Origin: Candidatus Nanoarchaeia archaeon
GTDB lineage: Archaea; Nanobdellota; Nanobdellia; SCGC-AAA011-G17; JACPNG01
Assembly (NCBI GenBank): GCA_028714375.1
Contig: JAQTMK010000004.1
Coordinates: 3,608-67,607, forward strand
DNA: 64,000 nt
Direction of reading: 5' to 3'
Shown here: positions 36,897 through 45,453 of the stretch, one piece after another
Layout of the letters: every line of letters starts with the position of its first letter
Numbering within the stretch: position 1 is the first letter of the stretch
Translations under genes and position numbers: made by a program
The notes under the pieces: model-generated
Seen by the model: the letters and a program-made list of their open reading frames with translations, nothing else
Told to the model about the DNA's origin: nothing
The model's database searches: none

Positions 36897-36913
36897 TACA
36901 TTTTTAAAATGTA
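36897..36913. promoter_or_regulatory. Perfect 17-nt palindrome 'tacatttt-t-aaaatgta' upstream of the GHKL operon
   Basis: 8-bp arms, located 51-67 nt upstream of the ATG at 36964 and just upstream of the TATA-like 'catttaaataata'. Confidence 0.4.
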
Positions 36914-36963
36914 GTGATACATAATAGAAACATTTAAATAATAGTATATATCTAAATATTAAG

Positions 36964-37212
36964 ATGTTTAATAAGCAAAAAACAAAAATGGATCGTAAGG
37001 TTATAAAAGAAGAAAGATTTAAGAGGATTGCTAGTCGTAGAGTTCAAGAAATTCTCGATAAAATGAGATTATTAAAAAATTGTGCAAATAAATCTAATTA
37101 TTCTTATAATGAAGAACAGGTGAGAAAGATTATAACTACAGTAGAGGATGAATGGAAGAAATTAAAATTAGAATTTAGTAAAAATAAATCTAAAAGGGAG
37201 TTTAGTTTGTGA
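36964..37212 (+). CDS. Small basic helical protein, 82 aa (operon gene 1)
   Basis: ERFKRIASRRVQEILDKMRLLKNCANKSNYSYNEEQVRKII is predicted helical. Its stop is 1 nt before the next ATG. Confidence 0.55.
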   Translation: MFNKQKTKMDRKVIKEERFKRIASRRVQEILDKMRLLKNCANKSNYSYNEEQVRKIITTVEDEWKKLKLEFSKNKSKREFSL

Positions 37213-37213
37213 A

Positions 37214-37840
37214 ATGAATGACGAGGATAAAATAAGAAAATTCGAATCTGCTTTCAAAATAGAAGATATTAATATTGATAATGATCGGCTTATGGTCTAT
37301 GTTATTGATATATTGGAAGGAATGAAAATTGAACCAACTTTTGATAAGACTGTGGTGGCGGCATTTAAGATGTTTCCATCTAGATTTTCGCTTGTGGGTT
37401 TTAAAGAATATCCAGATGCAAAGCGAGTGCACGATTGTTTATTTCATTGCACTTATAAGACAAAAGGGTGGATAATTGGAAATGCTCAGAGTGGTTATAA
37501 AGTTTCTGATAAAGGAAAATATTACCTCGAAGAAATTCAAAAAATAATAGATAAGGAAATAGAATTACCTAAGACCTACCAAGAAAAAGTTCGAAGAAAA
37601 GAAAGAACAGCAATTGATTCCTTTAAGGAAACTAAAGCATTTAAAAAGTATTTTGATGGAGGAAAAAAGGATATTGATAAGGATGATGTGAAAGAGGCTC
37701 TAAACATTTTTAAATATGCAGATAAAAAAGATATAGAGAAAAATCTTTATAAATATCTTTCTTATGCGGAGATATTAGATGATAGATTGGCTTTAGACTT
37801 TTTAAATTTTATAAGTAAAAATAAGGAGAGGTTAATATAA
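37214..37840 (+). CDS. Hypothetical protein, 208 aa (operon gene 2)
   Basis: Normal composition and no nuclease or NTPase motif recognised. Its TAA overlaps the next ATG by 1 nt (TAATG). Confidence 0.55.
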   Translation: MNDEDKIRKFESAFKIEDINIDNDRLMVYVIDILEGMKIEPTFDKTVVAAFKMFPSRFSLVGFKEYPDAKRVHDCLFHCTYKTKGWIIGNAQSGYKVSDKGKYYLEEIQKIIDKEIELPKTYQEKVRRKERTAIDSFKETKAFKKYFDGGKKDIDKDDVKEALNIFKYADKKDIEKNLYKYLSYAEILDDRLALDFLNFISKNKERLI

Positions 37841-40053
37841 TGACGCTAGATTTAAGCAAATCTTTTAATAGAAAACCGGGTATTATAACCGAGAAATGGT
37901 GGGAAAGAACTGTAAAAGAAGCCTTTAAAAATGATCCTATAAGGATTATAATTGAACTAATAAAAAATAGTGCAGATAGTTATACTCAACTAGAAAAAAA
38001 AGAGAATATAAAACCCCCATTTAAAATATTAGTAGAATTCTCTTGTTGGCCAAGAAAAGCTCCATTCATAAAGGTAAAAGATTTTGCACAAGGCATGGAT
38101 AGTGAAAAATTAGAAAAAGCTCTTGCATATGGAGCAGAAACTTCCTTAGAAGATAAAGAAGGAGTTACAAGTGCTGAAAAAGGGATAGGATTGAAAGATG
38201 CGATGATGGCGATGGAAGAAAATCGTTTGGTAACTATAAAAGAGGATAAACTAAATGAACGTACTAAATATTCTAATTTTGATACAGGTGAAGGTCATAT
38301 TAATTATATCATAAAGAAAGAAGATAGAATCAAAATTGGTATACCTGAAAATGGGACAATTGTTCAAGGGAGACTACCGGAATACTTTCCAGATAAAAAG
38401 TTTAATACGATATGCAAACATCTTGCAAATCATTATATGATGTATAAACTTGTACAAATAGATAATTTTGATATTGTGTGTGTAGATACATCTACAAAAG
38501 AAGAATTAACTCTATCAAAATTATATGATCATCCTAAAATTGATAAAAAATTTGAAGTAATAAAGAAAGATATTGTTCTTCCATATCAAAATAGAGATTA
38601 TCATTTTTTAATTGAAATCAAAAAGTCAAATAAACCTTTGGAGTTTGGAAAACCCTATGGAAAAGCGGGTTTATATTTTTATTATGGAAATTACACAGTC
38701 TTGGATTTTAGTTTTGGAAATTCTAGATACCCTGAAATGAGGAGTTTCTTCGGAGAAATAAGAATGGTTATTGAGCCTTTAGTCAGAAAGGGGGAATTGT
38801 TTGTTGATGAAAAAAGAAAGGGTCTTAGTGATCATTCATTAAATGAAGAATTGCTAAAAGAAATTGATAAGATCGTAGCTAAAATTGCAGATGAACAGAG
38901 GGAAGTAACCAGTTATGTTTTTAAGAAAGAATCATGGATGCAAGAAGAAATGCAAAAAATATATCAGGATATAATTGGAAAGGGGAAAAAAAGTTTCCAA
39001 TTACCAATAAAACCCAAAAAATTTGAATTTGCAACCCCCCATACAGATGTTATGGAATTCGAACCAAAAAACATTTTCTTAATCATAAATTGTTCTATTA
39101 TTTCATCAGGAATTGAAATTTCTTTATTAACTAAAAATCAAAACTTAGATATAATCTCACCATCTAATAAAAAAATAATTATAAAAGAAGGAGAGACAGA
39201 TGAATCGGCTATAGAAAAAGATGGAGAAAAATTTATTGTTAGAATTATAAAAGTATATTCTGAAAAGAAAGATTCAGAGGATGAGATAATTGCTAGATTA
39301 GATGGTTATCACTCATCTAAAATTGGAATTTCTTTAATATCTAATCCGATATTTAATCCGAGGGAAGGGTTTGAATTTGCTCCAAAGGAAAATGGAGAAG
39401 TAACTATTAATGAAGGAGCGACAAAAAAAATTGATTTAGTTATAAGTCAATCATTATATGATGAAAAAGATAGAAAAATAAGAGTGGACAATTCCCATGA
39501 AGGAATAAAATGTGCAGGAAATTTTGAGATTCCAACAACAAGAAATTTAGAAATATACAAACTAAAGAATGTAATTAGATATCCCTTTGAGATATTGTCA
39601 AAACCTGGAGAAACAGAAGAAAGGAGCGGTAAGATTAAGGCTTTCTATAAAAATAAAGAAACAGAATTAAAAATTAATGTGATAAGCCCAGGGGGAATAA
39701 ATTTTAAAGGAGTGAAATTTGTTAAATCCGAAGGAACTCAAGAAATATCTGATTACAAGGATGATGGTTATGTTTATATTTATCAAAATCATCCTTTAGT
39801 AAAAAAATATAAAAAAGGAGATTGGCAAAATAAAAATGATTGTTTAACCTTTCTGGCGGATATTATATCTCGAGAATTTATTGAAAAAACAATCAGAGAG
39901 TCTATTAAATCTGGGAGATCAAAGTTTCAGATAATTAATCAGGATAATCCTGAGTTGGAGATAAGACAACATTTTGTTAAAGAATATTATGAAAAATCAG
40001 AAAGGATTCATGGAATTCAGATAACTTACCTAAAAACTGCAGAATTAAGATAA
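37840..40053 (+). CDS. GHKL/Bergerat-fold ATPase (HATPase_c_3-like N-terminus) with ~530-aa uncharacterised C-terminal region (operon gene 3)
   Basis: N-box IIELIKNSADS (E39/N43/D46), VKDFAQGMD (DxGxG-like, residues 81-87), and EKGIGLKDAMMAM (glycine-rich ATP-lid motif, residues 113-125). Confidence 0.75.
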   Translation: MTLDLSKSFNRKPGIITEKWWERTVKEAFKNDPIRIIIELIKNSADSYTQLEKKENIKPPFKILVEFSCWPRKAPFIKVKDFAQGMDSEKLEKALAYGAETSLEDKEGVTSAEKGIGLKDAMMAMEENRLVTIKEDKLNERTKYSNFDTGEGHINYIIKKEDRIKIGIPENGTIVQGRLPEYFPDKKFNTICKHLANHYMMYKLVQIDNFDIVCVDTSTKEELTLSKLYDHPKIDKKFEVIKKDIVLPYQNRDYHFLIEIKKSNKPLEFGKPYGKAGLYFYYGNYTVLDFSFGNSRYPEMRSFFGEIRMVIEPLVRKGELFVDEKRKGLSDHSLNEELLKEIDKIVAKIADEQREVTSYVFKKESWMQEEMQKIYQDIIGKGKKSFQLPIKPKKFEFATPHTDVMEFEPKNIFLIINCSIISSGIEISLLTKNQNLDIISPSNKKIIIKEGETDESAIEKDGEKFIVRIIKVYSEKKDSEDEIIARLDGYHSSKIGISLISNPIFNPREGFEFAPKENGEVTINEGATKKIDLVISQSLYDEKDRKIRVDNSHEGIKCAGNFEIPTTRNLEIYKLKNVIRYPFEILSKPGETEERSGKIKAFYKNKETELKINVISPGGINFKGVKFVKSEGTQEISDYKDDGYVYIYQNHPLVKKYKKGDWQNKNDCLTFLADIISREFIEKTIRESIKSGRSKFQIINQDNPELEIRQHFVKEYYEKSERIHGIQITYLKTAELR

Positions 40054-40064
40054 TTTAAAAATTA

Positions 40065-40874
40065 TTATTCTTTTAATCTACTCTTCCCATATCTTACATA
40101 TTTCTTTGAAATATCTATCCCTATACTCTTCCTATTTAGTTTTTTTGCTACCATCGATGTTGTAAATGTTCCTGCAAAAGGATCTAAAACTAAGTTTCCA
40201 GGATTACTACTAACTCTAATAAAAATTTCTATCAATTCAGGAGGGAGTTGGCAGGCATGCCATTTTTTTCTTTCTTTCCTTACATTCTTTAGTAAATTCT
40301 TTTTTATAATATCTGTTGGTCTTCCTTTTAGTTCAAATAACTCTAATAGATCTTTAATGTCTAAAGTATCATAAGCTCCCCTCCCTTTTGATCCATTTTC
40401 CAATCTGATTCTTACTTTACTAACTTCTGGATTTTTATATGGTTGGATTATTTCGCTACGATTAAAAGTATAATCTTTTCCTTTTGTTAAAAATAGAATA
40501 GATCTGTGACTCCTAGTCCAATTTTTTTTAGAATGTCCAACATTTGTTGGATAATGCCAAACTATCCATCTTCTTAGATGCATTTCTAATTCATCTTCTA
40601 AGAATGGGAGAATTCGAGCATTTAATTCCGGATAATTCATAATATATAAAGATCCGGTATCTTTTAGAATTCTATGTACTTCTTTTAGTCTCTCTTTTAA
40701 CCAATCTAAATACTCCTCTGGTTTTTTTCTATCTTTAAAATCTTTTTTTACGTAAGGAATGTTTTGGTTATAGGGAGGATCTGTGAAGATTAAATCTACA
40801 GAATCTGAGGGAAAATTTTTCATTACTTCTAAACAATCTCCACAAATAAATCTGTGAGGTTCCTCTTTTTTCAT
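40065..40874 (-). CDS. Beta-class N4-cytosine/N6-adenine DNA methyltransferase
   Basis: Motif IV DLIFTDPPY near the N-terminus and motif I VLDPFAGTFTT near the C-terminus (permuted beta order, N6_N4_Mtase type). Convergent with the GHKL gene across an 11-nt spacer. Confidence 0.9.
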   Translation of the reverse strand: MKKEEPHRFICGDCLEVMKNFPSDSVDLIFTDPPYNQNIPYVKKDFKDRKKPEEYLDWLKERLKEVHRILKDTGSLYIMNYPELNARILPFLEDELEMHLRRWIVWHYPTNVGHSKKNWTRSHRSILFLTKGKDYTFNRSEIIQPYKNPEVSKVRIRLENGSKGRGAYDTLDIKDLLELFELKGRPTDIIKKNLLKNVRKERKKWHACQLPPELIEIFIRVSSNPGNLVLDPFAGTFTTSMVAKKLNRKSIGIDISKKYVRYGKSRLKE

Positions 40875-41009
40875 TAGATTAATGAAATTTTACCATTTAT
40901 ATTTTTATGTGATCCCTTATAAGTGATCAATTTAGAATTTATTATTTAATATCTTGAACTATAAATAATAGCTATGCACGTTTGGATATAAACGTTTATC
41001 AAACTAATA

Positions 41010-41186
41010 TTAGCTAGATCCAACCGCTGCAATTATAGTTTCTGTTAATCCAAAAAGGAGTAGGCATACAGTACTAATCCAGGTTATAATTTGAACATTA
41101 GAAGATACCAGCAGAATAATCAATAGAATTATCCCCAGCACCATCTGGACGATTCCTGCGCCGACCAATATTTTTTTAACTTTCAT
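41010..41186 (-). CDS. Possible small 2-TM membrane protein, 58 aa (below ORF-track cut-off)
   Basis: Hand translation gives MKVKKILVGAGIVQMVLGIILLIILLVSSNVQIITWISTVCLLLFGLTETIIAAVGSS*. Confidence 0.4.
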   Translation of the reverse strand: MKVKKILVGAGIVQMVLGIILLIILLVSSNVQIITWISTVCLLLFGLTETIIAAVGSS

Positions 41187-41293
41187 AAATCTTAAATATT
41201 ATCTCTTTACTATATATGCTTTTCTATCATATCTTCTACATATCTCCTCCACCCCAACAAACATTATAAATTACTCTTTCCAAACTAAACTCA

Positions 41294-42475
41294 ATGAAAT
41301 TTGCACATCTGGCAGACTGCCACATCGGAGGCTGGAGAGAACAAAACCTAAGGGATCTAGGCTTAAAATCCTTTGAAAAAGCAATAGATATATGCATAAC
41401 TAATCACACAGCTTTCATTCTAATTTCAGGAGACTTATTTAACACAGCTTTACCGCAAATAGAACTAATCAAGGAAACAGCAAGAATTCTAAGAAAAGCA
41501 AAAGAACACAACATAGACATATACATAATACCAGGAAGCCATGACTTCTCAAATTCCGGAAAAACAATGCTTGACGTATTAGAAAACTCAGGTTTAGTAG
41601 AAAACGTATTCAAAGTAAAAGAAAACAAACTAATAATAACTGAAGACAAGACCGGAGTAAAACTAGCAGGAATGTTAGGAAGAAAAGGCTCTTTAGAGAA
41701 AAAAGACTATGAAAACTTAGATTTTAAAGACATAGAAGAAGAAAAAGGATTTAAAATATTCATGTTTCACACAGCTCTGGAAGAGTTTAAGCCAAGCGAT
41801 TTAGACAAAGTAGACTGCATGAATACTAATGAATTACCTAAAACTTTCAATTATTATGCAGGAGGACATATTCATTACAGGTTTGAAACTAATTTCGGAA
41901 AAGGAAAACTGGTTTTTCCAGGAGCTTTATTCCCAAACAATTTTAAAGAACTTGAGGAATTCAGAAACGGCTCTTTTTATTTAGTAGATGACAACCTAAA
42001 CACAGAGTTAGTAGAAATTCCAATTAAAGAGGTTTTAAGCTATCATATTAACGCAAATGATAAAATACCGAACCAAATAACAGATGAAATATTAAACAAG
42101 GTAAATGATTTTAATGACAAGATTGTTTTGCTAAGAATTGAAGGAACTTTAAAGTCAGGAAAAGTATCAGATATTGATTTTAACCTAATTAATGAAAAAC
42201 TAAAAGATTCTTACATTGTTTTGAGAAATACTAACAAACTAGAAACAAAGTCTTTTGAAGAAGTGGAAATTAAAAAAGGTAATGTGGAAGACATAGAAGA
42301 AAACATTGTAAAAGAGCATTTAGGACAGATTGAGATTGAAAACGAAAAGCATTTGATTGATGTTCTGATGAAAGTTTTAAACGAAGAAAAGGAAGAAGGG
42401 GAAAAAGTCTATGATTTTGAAGCTAGGATTTTTAAGAATTTTATTGAAGGGTTAAAACTGAAAGAGATGTTCTAA
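41294..42475 (+). CDS. mre11: Mre11 double-strand-break repair nuclease
   Basis: Calcineurin-like phosphoesterase motifs DCHIG, GDLFN, PGSHD and GGHIH. Confidence 0.9.
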   Translation: MKFAHLADCHIGGWREQNLRDLGLKSFEKAIDICITNHTAFILISGDLFNTALPQIELIKETARILRKAKEHNIDIYIIPGSHDFSNSGKTMLDVLENSGLVENVFKVKENKLIITEDKTGVKLAGMLGRKGSLEKKDYENLDFKDIEEEKGFKIFMFHTALEEFKPSDLDKVDCMNTNELPKTFNYYAGGHIHYRFETNFGKGKLVFPGALFPNNFKELEEFRNGSFYLVDDNLNTELVEIPIKEVLSYHINANDKIPNQITDEILNKVNDFNDKIVLLRIEGTLKSGKVSDIDFNLINEKLKDSYIVLRNTNKLETKSFEEVEIKKGNVEDIEENIVKEHLGQIEIENEKHLIDVLMKVLNEEKEEGEKVYDFEARIFKNFIEGLKLKEMF

Positions 42476-42536
42476 AATCGTAAATATTAATTTCTAAAAT
42501 AAAAAGATTTATTAGTTAAGTTTATCTAAAAGTGGT

Positions 42537-43196
42537 ATGAGAAAAACCAAGATAATTTGGTATCTATTAACATTTATCCCAATCTTACTATTAATTTTAG
42601 GTTATATTTTTCCCTCACATTTTTTTGGAAATCAGGAAGTAATAAGGAATTTTGTAACTAAATTTGGGGTTTTTGCTCCTGTTGCTTTTATAATTCTTCA
42701 AATTCTTCAGGTTATAATCACTCCGTTTAGCCATTATGCAGTTTCAATCGCAGGAGGATATATTTTTGGAACATGGTATGGATTTCTCTACAATTGGATT
42801 GGAAGAGTAATCGGAACTGCAATAGCATTTTATCTTGGAAGAATATTTGGAAGAAAAATAATAAAACATGTTGTTAAACCTGAAACTTTGCAGAAATATG
42901 ATCATTTTATTGAGAAAGGAAGAGTATTATTGTTTTTAGCTTACTTCTTGCCTTTATTCCCAGATGATGAGATATCTTATCTTGCTGGAGTCTCTGCAAT
43001 AAATCCAAGAGTTTTTCTACCTTTAATGATTATAGGACATATTAGCGGAAGTTTAAGTTTAGCGTATATTGGAAATGGGATACAATCAATCAAAGAGCCA
43101 ATGTTCATAATATTGTCCTTAATTACCCTGATTGGGGGAATTTGGTTTGTGTTGCATTACAGAAAAATAAGAACAGCACAGCCTATTAAAACATAA
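42537..43196 (+). CDS. TVP38/TMEM64 (DedA-related, VTT-domain) membrane protein
   Basis: Five to six TM helices with P.S......GY.FG and FLPLFPDDEISYLAG motifs. Confidence 0.7.
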   Translation: MRKTKIIWYLLTFIPILLLILGYIFPSHFFGNQEVIRNFVTKFGVFAPVAFIILQILQVIITPFSHYAVSIAGGYIFGTWYGFLYNWIGRVIGTAIAFYLGRIFGRKIIKHVVKPETLQKYDHFIEKGRVLLFLAYFLPLFPDDEISYLAGVSAINPRVFLPLMIIGHISGSLSLAYIGNGIQSIKEPMFIILSLITLIGGIWFVLHYRKIRTAQPIKT

Positions 43197-43250
43197 AATA
43201 TATTCCTTTACAACTATACTTATAAATTCTCTTTACAAACAAAACCTTAG

Positions 43251-45305
43251 ATGATAATAAACAAAGTAAGATTAAGAAACATAAGAAGTTACTTAATTGA
43301 AGAAATTGAATTTCCTGAAGGTTCTACATTATTGGCAGGTGATATTGGTTCTGGTAAATCTTCAGTTTTATTAGCAATAGAGTTTGCCTTGTTTGGAATA
43401 AGAAAAGGAGAGCTAAGCGGAGATTTACTTTTAAGAAAAGGGGAAGATGAAGGTTATGTGGAATTATTTTTAAGTGTGGAAGACAAAGAATACATTATAA
43501 AAAGAAACCTGAAAAGAACTTCTGCGGGGGTTTCACAGGAATCAGGATACATAATACATGAAGGAGCTAAAAGAGAAGGGACTGCACAGGAACTAAAACA
43601 ATATGTATTAAACATTCTAAACTATCCAAAAGAACTTTTAACAAAAACTAAATCTTTGATTTACAGATATACAGTTTACACACCGCAGGAAGAGATGAAA
43701 TTGATTCTTTTAGGTGAAAAAGACGCAAGATTAGATACTTTAAGAAAGGTTTTTGGCATTGACAAGTACAAAAAGATAGGGGAAAACTCAAAAATAATTA
43801 CCACAAAGATAAGAGAGAAACAAAAAGAGATTGCTGGTTTTATTTCTGATTTAAACCAAAAAATAGACCAGAAAAACAATTATGAAAAAGAACTGAACCA
43901 GATAAAAAATAACATAAAAATAATAATACCAAAATATGAAGAACTTAATTTAAATCTTAAAACAAAAACTAATTCTATAAAAAATTATGAAGAAAAGATA
44001 AGAGAAGAAAACGAACTGAAAAAGAAATTTGAATTAAATAACCTAAGAATAAACACAAGTTTAGAAAAAAGAAAACAAAATTCTGAGAAATTAATGCAGT
44101 TGAGTTTACAAATTGAAAATCTTAACAAAGACATTGTTGTTTATGACTTGGAGGAAATAAGGAAAACAATTGTTTTTAAGAAACAGGTTCTGGAAACAGA
44201 ACAAAAAGAATTAGACATGATCAAGAATGAAATATCAAGATGCTTGCTTCAGGAAGAGCAGTCAAACACACTAAAGAAAGACATTGAAGAACTAGATCTA
44301 TGCCCTCTATGCAAGCAGGAAGTCACAACTGATCATAAAGACAAGATAAAAAGGCAGGAATATGAAAAACTAGACAAACTTAATCTAAAAAAACAGGAAT
44401 TAATAGGGAAAAAAAGCGGTATTGAAAACAAGATTGATGTTCTAAATACTGAACTTGAAGAACTTAAAGAAAAACAAAACAAAGCTGAACTGGTTTTATA
44501 CAAGAAGAAAAACTTAGATGAAAAAATAAAAGAAAAAAGCAAAATAGAAAACGAAATTGAACTAACAAAAAAAGAAATAGGAATTTTCAATGAATTAAAC
44601 AATGAAATAAATGAAAAGCTGAAAAACTTCAAGGGTTTGGAAGAATTGTATAACAAAGAAAGAGAAGAGTTAGAAATTCTAAGAGAAAAGTTTAGGAAGA
44701 TTGAAATTGAAAAAGTAAGATTTGAAACTGAGATTAATTCAATAAACATAAACATCCAGAAAATAACAAAAGAAATAACTGAAAGAGAAAAACAAAGAGA
44801 CAAATTAAATTACCTGACTAATCTTAAACTATGGATTGAAGAATCTTTCCTTAACATGATGACCCTGATGGAAAAACAAGTCATGATGAAGGTACATTAT
44901 GATTTTGACAGTTTATTCAGGGACTGGTTTAATATTTTGATGAACAGTGAAGATATTACAATAAGTTTGGATGAAGAATTTACACCAAAAATATTACAGA
45001 ACGGACATGATATTGATTATAGTTTCTTATCTGGTGGGGAAAAAACTGCTGCTGCCTTGGCTTACAGATTAGCATTAAATCAGGTAATTAATAACTTAGT
45101 CTCTGAACTAAAAACAAAAGATTTGATCATTTTAGATGAGCCAACAGATGGTTTTTCATCTGAGCAGTTAGACAGAATGAAATTAGTCTTAGATGAATTA
45201 AAGATAAAACAGATATTAATTGTAAGCCATGAAGCCAAAATTGAGAGTTTTGTGGACAATACAATAAGGTTCAAAAAAGAGAATCATGTCAGTAAGATTT
45301 TTTAG
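43251..45305 (+). CDS. rad50: Rad50 ATPase (short coiled coil)
   Basis: Walker A GDIGSGKSS, zinc hook CPLC in mid coiled coil, signature LSGGEK and Walker B LILDEPTDG. 684 aa. Confidence 0.9.
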   Translation: MIINKVRLRNIRSYLIEEIEFPEGSTLLAGDIGSGKSSVLLAIEFALFGIRKGELSGDLLLRKGEDEGYVELFLSVEDKEYIIKRNLKRTSAGVSQESGYIIHEGAKREGTAQELKQYVLNILNYPKELLTKTKSLIYRYTVYTPQEEMKLILLGEKDARLDTLRKVFGIDKYKKIGENSKIITTKIREKQKEIAGFISDLNQKIDQKNNYEKELNQIKNNIKIIIPKYEELNLNLKTKTNSIKNYEEKIREENELKKKFELNNLRINTSLEKRKQNSEKLMQLSLQIENLNKDIVVYDLEEIRKTIVFKKQVLETEQKELDMIKNEISRCLLQEEQSNTLKKDIEELDLCPLCKQEVTTDHKDKIKRQEYEKLDKLNLKKQELIGKKSGIENKIDVLNTELEELKEKQNKAELVLYKKKNLDEKIKEKSKIENEIELTKKEIGIFNELNNEINEKLKNFKGLEELYNKEREELEILREKFRKIEIEKVRFETEINSININIQKITKEITEREKQRDKLNYLTNLKLWIEESFLNMMTLMEKQVMMKVHYDFDSLFRDWFNILMNSEDITISLDEEFTPKILQNGHDIDYSFLSGGEKTAAALAYRLALNQVINNLVSELKTKDLIILDEPTDGFSSEQLDRMKLVLDELKIKQILIVSHEAKIESFVDNTIRFKKENHVSKIF

Positions 45306-45310
45306 GAAGT

Positions 45311-45453
45311 TTTATAAATTTAGATATTGTTAGTTTTTTATTAAATTTCAGGCCTGAAAGGCGTTACTAAGAGGTGTTTCTTAGTTAGAGTTATGTTCTA
45401 AAATTTAGGTTGTCTGGAAGGACTGAAATAACCTTTTGGATGGAGTTCTTGAT
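45311..45453 (+). promoter_or_regulatory. TATA box plus ~115-nt conserved 5' leader (copy B)
   Basis: 'tttataaa' lies exactly 143 nt before the ATG at 45454. It is collinear with copy A and contains 'ttagttag' at 45381-45388. Confidence 0.55.

Noticed and set aside
34712-41293. Integrase, transposase or IS element responsible for the island
   Set aside because: I read all ORFs of 60 aa or more on both strands. None shows tyrosine or serine recombinase, DDE or HUH motifs, and no terminal inverted repeats were found apart from the rnj 3' duplication.
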